DNA from: Rubeoparvulum massiliense
GTDB taxonomy: Bacteria > Bacillota > Bacilli > Rubeoparvulales > Rubeoparvulaceae
Assembly: GCF_001049895.1 (NCBI RefSeq)
Contig: NZ_CVPE01000006.1
Location: 176,441-208,440, forward strand
Length of the DNA stretch: 32,000 nucleotides
Reading direction: 5' to 3'
The notes below the pieces were generated by a model. It worked only from the letters and a program-made list of their open reading frames with translations, had not been told where the DNA came from and made no database searches. Positions 1-6,590 of the stretch are shown in pieces; the stretch's first letter is position 1, and each line of letters begins with the position of its first letter. The position numbers and the translations under genes were made by a program.

Positions 1-129
1 TACATATATCCTCTGCTATGTTTAGCTTCTGTCATGTTATCCACCCCAATCATAATATAACATATATCAGATATTTTACAGGTTATTACCACTAAATATC
101 AGAATTTTTTCTAATCACTAAGTTAATAG

Positions 130-790
130 ATGCTGGACAATTGACGTGTCAAAAGACACGCTTTGTCCGAAGCCGTTTCATCTCATGGTTAAAGCCACGA
201 GTGTTCTCGGCTATTCCATAAAATAATATAAGGGGTCTTGATGACCTCGATGGGCACCACTTCATCATCAATAAACCTTTTTAGGATCGCTTGAAGTAAT
301 AATACATCATGAACTTTTTGAAATTCGTGATTTCAGAAAGTTTCTGAATGAGAGCAGAATAGGAGGCTTTAGGAAGAACTGGATACTTTAAAATAGCTAC
401 ATTCAATCTGGAGGATTAAACCGTGTTGTAACCTTCTCCGCAAGTCTTTCACCGGGGGAATCCGTGCGATGATTCAGGCAATAAACAAGTATAACATCGT
501 TTCTTTGTTGATTTCCATTGAAGCTTCATGGAGGGACTTTTTGGAGATCGTCTGAAGAATAGAGACCGTGTCCAGAATGGAAAAAATGCATCAAAACATC
601 GGGGAAGTTCTGTGTCGAATAAATCTTATATCCCAAATAAGTCACCTTGTAATATAATGGTAATAAGGAGTTCTCCTCCAATCTCAGGGTTTTGGTTGCA
701 ATTAGTTTTTTCGAGATTTGAGGAATTACTCCTTGTTCTAGGCGTTAAAGCCTTGAAACTGTTGGGCATAAATTTATGAAAATGATTCAT
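130..790 (-). pseudogene. Degraded C-terminal remnant of a Tn3-family (DDE_Tnp_Tn3) transposase
   Basis: Minus-strand translation, hopping between frames, gives these fragments in the expected order: ..ILQTISKKSLHEASMEINKETMLYLFI / IPPVKDLRRRLQHGLILQIECSYF / YSALIQKLSEITNFKKF / KTPYIILWNSREH. They parallel the conserved C-terminal blocks of Firmicute Tn3-family transposases as I recall them (SYSKQxxLYxALxEFGRIxKTxFIL; DxELRxxIxxQLNKxExxNxF; aIIxWNxxY). The fragments are separated by stops and frameshifts, and that strand has no ORF longer than 60 aa. Only about the last 200 of roughly 1000 codons remain. Boundaries are approximate. Confidence 0.55.
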
Positions 791-907
791 TTAATATCCT
801 GACTATATTTTTATCCCATGCAAAGAAATATAGAAAAATAAAATAAAGAAGGATATTAATGGGTATATAAGATCCATTTAAAAAACCATATGCTACCATT
901 AAAATAG

Positions 908-2491
908 ATGGAAAAAGGCTACTTCTTATTCAATGATTTTCAAAGGAAGGAGGAACTTGTCATATCAACTTATTATCAGCGATTAATCTCGTATTTGATC
1001 CTCTTCTTTTTACTCTGTTTTTGGATAACAGTCCTAATTGCTCCTGCAGTATATAGCTCCAGTGGACCATTCTCTCCGGATGATTTCTCTTATCCAACCG
1101 ATCTCAAACCTACATACTATCCTACACCCCAAGTAGTAGTCCCCAATGGTACCTCTGATGCAGGTACTGTTACACTTCCTACGATAGAAGTAGACTCCGT
1201 CCAACTAACAGCCTTGGAAATTGCATACCATAGTATAAGTGAAGTTGTATCTCATACTTTGGAGCAAATTAAGATCTATGCGCCAATTGGATGGGAACAA
1301 GGTTCCAAATGGTTCGCCGCTTTTGTAATTCAACCTACTACCTATCATTTCCACGTTCTCTATAATAGTAGAATAGATTCACTAGCATATTGGCATGCAT
1401 TCTTCAATCTTACACTAATGCTTAGTACAATTGTACTAAGCACGATTGTTGCTAGGCAGATCGGAGGCCAATATGTTGCTTCATCCATGCTATGGAATAG
1501 TCTCCAATATGGTCGCTTCAGTATTGGAATACTTCCAGTAACAACTACAACCACCTCCCGATTGATTTCTTCTAGTTGGATAGGCGGATGGATAAGGGGT
1601 AAACTCCCCATCCGAGAGGCTTTTGCCAGTAGGTTTTGGAAAGGAAGAAAGAGCAAGACTTCGGTGATAAATGCTTCTTCTGTTATGAGAGTAAGGCCAC
1701 AACAGTTAGGAGTCATTAGAAATCCATTGACAGGGAATCAGCCACGTTCTTTACAGTCAAAACCAGGTACGATACGATATGCTCAAGTAAATAAGTACCT
1801 AAAAAACAAATTACTTGAGGGGAAAGGGTATCGAGGTGGTGGAGGCTTTTCATTTCGGGGCGAGTTTCGTCAACAGATCGATGCTCCGAGATCAAGTCCC
1901 CCTGCATCTGCGAATCGTGGAAATACATCGAGTTCTTCTAGTTCAGGAAGTAGATCTACGTCAGGATCGATTCGAGGGAATAAGTTTCAATTGCCTAAAA
2001 ACTATAAGGAATACATCAAAGCTGTTGAAAATATGGGTCCAATCTATCGCATCACTAGAGAGCGTTTAAAACTGCCCAGTTCATCCTCCTCTCAGGGAAC
2101 GAAAGGGAAGGGTGAAACTAGACCTACCTGGAAACAGTCCGAAAAGGATGTGGCCAAGGAATATCCAGGCTATAAAGAACAGCAATCTTTTAAAGGCGGG
2201 GAGTCAGTGCAACATGGTACGAGGGGAAGTTCGAGGCCAGATCTTTATATTAAGGGTCATAGTATTGAGGTCAAAAATTATAATGTGACAACTACCTCAG
2301 GTCGAAGCAATTTGGTAAATAACGTATCTAATCAAGTGAATAAAAGAGTAAGTGATTTGCCTATAGGTACAAAACAAACTGTAATTATTGATGTTAGAGG
2401 ACAAAACGTTAGTAGACAGATATTACGAGAGATTAAGTTAGCAATAAATAACAAGACAAATGGAATAGCCAACATTATTTTTAAACAGTAG
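908..2491 (+). CDS. Membrane-anchored polymorphic-toxin-like protein with a C-terminal PD-(D/E)xK (restriction-endonuclease-fold) nuclease toxin domain
   Basis: 527-aa ORF. The N-terminus has a hydrophobic anchor or signal (LISYLILFFLLCFWITVLIAPAVYSSS) and a second hydrophobic segment lies near residue 170. A Gly/Ser/Arg low-complexity linker follows (RGGGGFSFRG...SSSSSSGSRSTSGS). The last ~110 aa read TWKQSEKDVAKEYPGYKEQQSFKGG..GTRGSSRPDLYIKGHSIEVKNYN...QVNKRVSDLPIGTKQTVIIDVRGQ. This is a PD...ExK nuclease core with the flanking pattern I recall from Tox-REase-type C-terminal toxin domains of Gram-positive polymorphic toxins. A small candidate immunity ORF follows immediately. Confidence 0.7.
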   Translation: MEKGYFLFNDFQRKEELVISTYYQRLISYLILFFLLCFWITVLIAPAVYSSSGPFSPDDFSYPTDLKPTYYPTPQVVVPNGTSDAGTVTLPTIEVDSVQLTALEIAYHSISEVVSHTLEQIKIYAPIGWEQGSKWFAAFVIQPTTYHFHVLYNSRIDSLAYWHAFFNLTLMLSTIVLSTIVARQIGGQYVASSMLWNSLQYGRFSIGILPVTTTTTSRLISSSWIGGWIRGKLPIREAFASRFWKGRKSKTSVINASSVMRVRPQQLGVIRNPLTGNQPRSLQSKPGTIRYAQVNKYLKNKLLEGKGYRGGGGFSFRGEFRQQIDAPRSSPPASANRGNTSSSSSSGSRSTSGSIRGNKFQLPKNYKEYIKAVENMGPIYRITRERLKLPSSSSSQGTKGKGETRPTWKQSEKDVAKEYPGYKEQQSFKGGESVQHGTRGSSRPDLYIKGHSIEVKNYNVTTTSGRSNLVNNVSNQVNKRVSDLPIGTKQTVIIDVRGQNVSRQILREIKLAINNKTNGIANIIFKQ

Positions 2492-2494
2492 GAT

Positions 2495-2920
2495 GTGAAT
2501 AAGATGGCAGTAGGTTTTTTAGTAGATTGCTTTTTTTATGAGGTTGGGAGAGGTGATTTTCTTCATTCATTTTTCTCAACAATTTCTTACCACTTAGAGA
2601 CGGAAGGATGGGGAACGAAATACCCCTATTTATTAAAAAGGCTATACAGGGATAAACTTTCATGGCTTGATGTAGGCAAGGCGCGTGAAGAATTAAGAGA
2701 TATTGAACGCCAATTGCAAGTGATGAGTCCAGATAAAGTAATATGGGACATTGATGATTTATCTCAAAAGCCTCCTTGGGGAGAAAATATTAGTCCAAAA
2801 GTAACAAATCTCGCAAACTATTTTGCTTCAAGTGATGGGAGAACTTTTTTTGAGTTACTATATGCTGCTTTTCAGGTTGCGGAAGAGGATAGGTGTGATA
2901 TTATTATTCACCAGGTATAA
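2495..2920 (+). CDS. Candidate cognate immunity protein for the upstream nuclease toxin
   Basis: 141-aa ORF that begins 3 nt after the toxin stop codon (TAG 2489-2491). The start is GTG 2495, or more likely ATG 2504, which has AGGA about 9 nt upstream. It is small, acidic and cytoplasmic-looking, with no TM segment. Position and size are typical of immunity genes. No family is named with confidence. Confidence 0.6.
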   Translation: MNKMAVGFLVDCFFYEVGRGDFLHSFFSTISYHLETEGWGTKYPYLLKRLYRDKLSWLDVGKAREELRDIERQLQVMSPDKVIWDIDDLSQKPPWGENISPKVTNLANYFASSDGRTFFELLYAAFQVAEEDRCDIIIHQV

Positions 2921-2964
2921 GGGGTCAGTCCCCCAGTGCGTTAAAGCGACGGGGGACTGACCCC
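2921..2964. repeat. GC-rich palindromic element, copy A (short variant); probable terminator for the toxin/immunity pair
   Basis: GGGGTCAGTCCCCC-AGTGCGTTAAAGCGAC-GGGGGACTGACCCC forms a perfect 14-bp stem. It starts directly after the TAA stop at 2918-2920. The outer 14 bp on each side, and most of the left arm, are shared with copy B at 3863-3914. Confidence 0.8.
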
Positions 2965-3034
2965 TATGTAATTATATCAACCTTGTGAAATTAGGAACAA
3001 AACAGTTCCATCTCACAGTAAAAGTTGTTAAGAT

Positions 3035-3859
3035 ATGTTGGGTCGATTTGAACAGGTAGATATTATCAGACAACATGAGTTGTTTTGCAGAAAAAAGGTG
3101 AAATCCTTGGATTCATTGTTTATCATACTATTAGTGATTGGGACGATCTCCTCATTTATTGGAACCTTAGCAGGTGGAGGTGGTCTAATCACTCTACCAG
3201 CCATGATGCTTGTAGGCATTCCTATCCATACAGGCATTGCTACGAATAAGTTTTCTTCAGCCTTTGCTGCATTAACCAGTGTCTCCTATTTACTCAAAGA
3301 GAAGCAGCTAACAGCTAAGGCCATTGGCTTTCTCGTCATGGTAGCTGCATTTGGAGGATTATTCGGCGCACTCATTACTGCCAGCATTGCAGAAAAGGCC
3401 ATGAATATTGTTGCCTTTATCCTTCTGCTTTTTGCCTTAGTTTTTACATTAGCCAATCGCAAATTGGGTGAGGTAGAGCAGAAGGAGAGTATGCCCCCTA
3501 GTTTTATCTCGAAAACGATGCCATTCTTGATCGCAACCTATGATGGTGGCTTCGGTCCCGGTTCATCTACATTTGGTATTCTCCACTATATGAATCAGCG
3601 AAGCACCTATATAAAAGCGGTTCAATTAACCAGGGTTCTCACCCTAGGTAGTAGCATCGGTGCCTTTCTTGTTTTTTATCAGACAGGCTATGTGAATTGG
3701 CATCATGCCATCGCCATGGCCATCGGCTCCGCACTAGGCTCCCAGCTAGGGTTGCTACTAGTGCCAAAGATTCCGCTCCGCTATGCGAAAGTGTTATTAC
3801 TAACCATCATGTTTTTACTGGTGGGAGAAGTGTTATATAAGATTCTGCAAGTGGTATAA
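3035..3859 (+). CDS. TSUP (TauE/SafE, DUF81) family anion/sulfite-exporter-like permease
   Basis: Polytopic membrane protein with the family-typical N-terminal motif GTLAGGGGLITLPAMMLVGIP..GIATNKFSS and a second internal repeat half. The true start is probably TTG 3107: AAAGGTG lies 6 nt upstream, the product would begin (M)DSLFIILLVIG, and the first 24 codons of the ORF are not family-like. Confidence 0.85.
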   Translation: MLGRFEQVDIIRQHELFCRKKVKSLDSLFIILLVIGTISSFIGTLAGGGGLITLPAMMLVGIPIHTGIATNKFSSAFAALTSVSYLLKEKQLTAKAIGFLVMVAAFGGLFGALITASIAEKAMNIVAFILLLFALVFTLANRKLGEVEQKESMPPSFISKTMPFLIATYDGGFGPGSSTFGILHYMNQRSTYIKAVQLTRVLTLGSSIGAFLVFYQTGYVNWHHAIAMAIGSALGSQLGLLLVPKIPLRYAKVLLLTIMFLLVGEVLYKILQVV

Positions 3860-3860
3860 A

Positions 3861-3916
3861 AAGGGGTCAGTCCCCCACTGCGTTAAAGCTTTAACGTGGT
3901 GGGGGACTGACCCCTT
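3861..3916. repeat. GC-rich palindromic element, copy B (full variant); bidirectional terminator between convergent genes
   Basis: The element is aaGGGGTCAGTCCCCCACTGCGTTAAAG|CTTTAACGTGGTGGGGGACTGACCCCtt. Two 26-bp arms abut in inverted orientation with only 2 mismatches. It lies 3 nt after the TSUP stop codon and 5 nt before the yhhQ-family stop codon. On the minus strand it is followed by TTTTTAT, and on the plus strand by TTATTGTTATTG. Confidence 0.8.
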
Positions 3917-3920
3917 ATTG

Positions 3921-4667
3921 TTATTGATATTCTTCCCTAGGTTGAAACTCCTCTTGAAAGGTCTGTCCCCGTCGAAATAGATTGCGAGCGAGGTAGACAA
4001 AGGGTGTATCCAGTAAGGCCACGAACCACTTAATCACATAGGTGGTGATAATAATATCGATGAAGACGTCGGTAGGATAGACGCCGATAAAAGCAACGGT
4101 GGTAAAAACCAAGGTATCAATGAGCTGGCTGATCATGGTGCTACCATTGTTACGAAGCCAGAGGTAGCGGTCGCCGGGGAAGTGCTCACGCCACTTCTCA
4201 AAGGCCCAGATATCGAAGCGCTGACTGATCAAGTAAGCTAGTAGACTGGCGATCACGATCCTTGGCATAAAGCCAAAGATGGTCAGCAATGACTCATGGG
4301 CAAAGTCATCGGCTGCTGGGATAAACCAGAGGACAATCTGCATAATAATCATCGTAGAGAGCAAGGTAAAAAAGCCCACCTGTACGCCCTTGGCTGCAGC
4401 CTTCTTGCCATAGATTTCGGACAGAATATCGGTGGCTAAGTAGCTGGTTCCATAGACGATATTCCCCAATGTGGCCACCACGAAGAAAAAGTCCACTGTT
4501 TTGACCACCTGAAGATTAGCAATGATGGCCGCGATGGCAATCCAAAAATAAAGCCCTGTCTTTCCAAACCATTTAAATGCAAGAATAATGGCGGAAAAAT
4601 TGACAATGAGAAGTATGAACCAATAGAGCACATTGGCATACTCCGGAGAAAAATGAAGCGGATTCAA
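3921..4667 (-). CDS. yhhQ: Queuosine-precursor (preQ0/preQ1) transporter, YhhQ/COG1738 (DUF165, VUT) family
   Basis: Family-typical sequence is present: FGKTGLYFWIAIAAIIANLQVVKTV, YGTSYLATDILSEIYGKK, LRNNGSTMISQLIDTLVFT. The 291-aa track ORF is over-extended because its first 43 codons cover the preQ1 riboswitch and promoter. The start is placed at TTG 4667-4665, with AAGGAG about 9 nt upstream, giving (M)NPLHFSPEYANVLYWF. Confidence 0.9.
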   Translation of the reverse strand: MNPLHFSPEYANVLYWFILLIVNFSAIILAFKWFGKTGLYFWIAIAAIIANLQVVKTVDFFFVVATLGNIVYGTSYLATDILSEIYGKKAAAKGVQVGFFTLLSTMIIMQIVLWFIPAADDFAHESLLTIFGFMPRIVIASLLAYLISQRFDIWAFEKWREHFPGDRYLWLRNNGSTMISQLIDTLVFTTVAFIGVYPTDVFIDIIITTYVIKWFVALLDTPFVYLARNLFRRGQTFQEEFQPREEYQ

Positions 4668-4685
4668 TTGTATCGACTCCTTATA

Positions 4686-4724
4686 CCGTAGTTTTGTTTT
4701 AGGACAGGATATTGCGAACTGTCC
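4686..4724 (-). promoter_or_regulatory. preQ1-I riboswitch aptamer
   Basis: The minus strand reads GGACAG-UUCGCAAUAUC-CUGUCC-UAAAACAAAACUACGG. This is a 6-bp P1 stem, a loop beginning UUCGCA and ending in C, and an A-rich tail containing ACAAAACUA. It matches closely the known B. subtilis queC aptamer (AGAGGUUCUAGCUACACCCUCUAUAAAAAACUAAGG) and the Thermoanaerobacter aptamer (CUGGGUCGCAGUAACCCCAGUUAACAAAACAAGG). It sits just 5' of the SD sequence of a YhhQ-family transporter gene, which is the classic genomic context. Confidence 0.8.
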
Positions 4725-4743
4725 GTGTAGATCACAAGGACAT

Positions 4744-4752
4744 ATTATACCA
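4744..4752 (-). promoter_or_regulatory. Extended -10 promoter element (TGgTATAAT) for the riboswitch-yhhQ transcript
   Basis: The minus strand reads TGGTATAAT, with TATAAT at 4749-4744, about 20 nt upstream of the aptamer. The -35 region is weak (aaGACg at 17-nt spacing). Confidence 0.5.
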
Positions 4753-4938
4753 TAGCATGGTGTATTCGTCTTGATGATTTTATGGAAAAAGAACACGTGT
4801 TCGCAAATCGTTACATATTAACGTATAATATAAGGAAATGAGACTGTGCTTTTACCTCTAAAGGTGAAGTATTCGCAGAGCTACACTGGTTGCTACTCTC
4901 ACGAAGCGCAAGCAGAAGATAAAGGGGTGAATCCTCCG

Positions 4939-5361
4939 ATGGTGGAGAATGATGGTGTATTATATTTTCCTGCTGAGTACGAAGCGTTTGTTCAGCTCGT
5001 TCGCCAACAGGTGGTGCTTCAGCTCCTTTGGCGAATGGTCATCTATGATCAAGAAAGGCTAAAAGCAGAGACGGAGCAGACCATCAAGGCAGCTCGGATT
5101 TTTCATGCCTATCTCCAAGCGGTGGAGCCGAAAATTATCGAGAATGTGAAGCAGGTGAAGCGTGATCTCCGCCAATTAGGTGGTCAAATCCTCCAAGAGA
5201 AGCAGGAGAAGCATGTTCGCGTCGTGGAAGCGCGCTTTCGAGGTTTTATTTATACCCAGCATTTTCATAATGTATTCCTCAAAACCTTATGTGAACAAGA
5301 ATTATTGGCTTATCTCGGCGATGTAGACGGAAGTTTGTTGATGAAACAAATGTTTGTATAG
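4939..5361 (+). CDS. Hypothetical cytoplasmic protein (helical/coiled-coil-like), family not recognised
   Basis: The ORF is open from GTG 4846. ATG 4939 is preferred because AAAGGGGTG lies about 9 nt upstream. Codon usage resembles the neighbouring genes. No diagnostic motif was found. Confidence 0.55.
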   Translation: MVENDGVLYFPAEYEAFVQLVRQQVVLQLLWRMVIYDQERLKAETEQTIKAARIFHAYLQAVEPKIIENVKQVKRDLRQLGGQILQEKQEKHVRVVEARFRGFIYTQHFHNVFLKTLCEQELLAYLGDVDGSLLMKQMFV

Positions 5362-5382
5362 AGCTCGCTTTTGTGATAAAAT
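5354..5382 (+). promoter_or_regulatory. Candidate sigma-A promoter of psuK-psuG
   Basis: TTGTAT (5354-5359), a 17-nt spacer, then TAAAAT (5377-5382) preceded by TG at 5374-5375 (extended -10, TGaTAAAAT). It overlaps the end of the upstream ORF. Confidence 0.4.
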
Positions 5383-5433
5383 GTAAAAAGAAATTGTGAA
5401 AAAGAGTACAGGAATTGAACGTGAGGTGGAACG

Positions 5434-6555
5434 ATGACAGAGAAAGAGCGACAAATATTACAGATCATTAAGGAACAGCCTTTTTTATCACAGGCGGAGC
5501 TCGCTGAACGGTGTGGCTTATCACGGTCAGCTGTGGCAGGCTATATTTCACAATTGATGAAAAAGGGTGAGATTATTGGACGTGCCTATATTCTCCGTGA
5601 GCATGCTCCCATTACCTGCATCGGGGGCGCTAATGTGGACTGGAAGGCGCAGGCCCTCGATCCCTTTGAAATGTATACATCCAATCCAGGCAAGGTGGAT
5701 AAATCTACCGGCGGTGTGGCACGTAATATGGCGGAGAATTTAGCCCGCTTAGGGGTAGAGGTGCAGTTGGTTAGTATCGTCGGTCGTGATGAAGAAGGGG
5801 AATGGCTCCGTGAGCAAACAGCAGCCAATGGTGTGGATGTCCATGGCATTATTCAGTCCGTCACATCGCGGACAGGCAGTTACATGGCTGTCATCAATGG
5901 TGCAGGTGAGATGGTGACCGCCATTGCCGATATGGGAATTTATGATGAGCTGACACCGGATCAGCTCTCCCATCTTCAAGCGCGTCTTGCCAAGTCAGAC
6001 TGGCATGTGCTAGACACCAACATCCCTAAAGAGACCATTGAATCCCATATCAAGTTTGTGAAGGAGCGGGGAGGTAAGGTGGTCGTTGATCCTGTCTCCA
6101 ATGTGAAGGCCATGAAGCTGCGGGATACGCTTTCCCTCATCGATGTCTTTGTTCCTAATCGCTATGAAGCAGCGGCCTTAACTGGAATTGATACATCCAC
6201 GCTGGATGGCTGCATCGATGCAGTGCAGTATTTCCGCCAGCTGGGGGTAGAGCTGCCGATAATCACCATGGCGGAGCAAGGTGTGCTCTTTGCCAATTAC
6301 GATGGGATCTTCCAAGTGACATGTAACCCAGTGCCTGTAAAGGACGTAACGGGTGCAGGTGATGCCTTTGCCGCAGGCTTAATCTACGCACTTCATCAAG
6401 GTGAGGAAGACCTGATGGCGATCCAATGTGGCATGAATACGGCCAATATCACCATTCAATCCAGTCAGACCGTCGCCCCAGAGATGTCCTTGGATACCAT
6501 GCGGCGCGAGTTGAAGCAGACTGAGTTTCATGTGAAGCGCTTGTCTAAACGTTAA
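5434..6555 (+). CDS. psuK: Pseudouridine kinase (PfkB family) with an N-terminal winged-helix DNA-binding domain
   Basis: The N-terminus, MTEKERQILQIIKEQPFLSQAELAERCGLSRSAVAGYISQLMKKGEI, is a wHTH domain. It is followed by a PfkB ribokinase-like body (GGANVD...GGVARNMAENLARLG...DVTGAGDAFAAG). It lies directly upstream of psuG, the usual pairing. GAGGTGG RBS. Confidence 0.85.
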   Translation: MTEKERQILQIIKEQPFLSQAELAERCGLSRSAVAGYISQLMKKGEIIGRAYILREHAPITCIGGANVDWKAQALDPFEMYTSNPGKVDKSTGGVARNMAENLARLGVEVQLVSIVGRDEEGEWLREQTAANGVDVHGIIQSVTSRTGSYMAVINGAGEMVTAIADMGIYDELTPDQLSHLQARLAKSDWHVLDTNIPKETIESHIKFVKERGGKVVVDPVSNVKAMKLRDTLSLIDVFVPNRYEAAALTGIDTSTLDGCIDAVQYFRQLGVELPIITMAEQGVLFANYDGIFQVTCNPVPVKDVTGAGDAFAAGLIYALHQGEEDLMAIQCGMNTANITIQSSQTVAPEMSLDTMRRELKQTEFHVKRLSKR

Positions 6556-6590
6556 CAGCAAAGAATAACTAGAGAAAGGGGTCATAGCAC

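Noticed and set aside
1-35. Possible start of a minus-strand gene running off the left edge (ATG at 35-33, GGGGTGG 5 nt upstream, MTEAKHSRGYM..)
   Set aside because: Only 11 codons are visible, which is too little to support a feature or a function.
528-779. 83-aa plus-strand ORF in the track
   Set aside because: It has no RBS and an odd composition. It lies antisense to the frame-shifted Tn3-family transposase relic, so it is most likely a chance ORF in decayed DNA.
1840-1980. Gly/Ser/Arg-rich stretch, considered as a tandem DNA repeat or CRISPR-like array
   Set aside because: The low complexity is at the protein level only. There are no regularly spaced identical DNA repeats, and the window has no CRISPR array.
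1360-2069. Several 70-118-aa ORFs antisense to or out of frame with the toxin gene (1360-1716, 1490-1702, 1716-1928 on the minus strand; 1815-2069 on the plus strand)
   Set aside because: They lie entirely within the longer, better-supported 908-2491 ORF. They have no RBS and low-complexity or odd composition.
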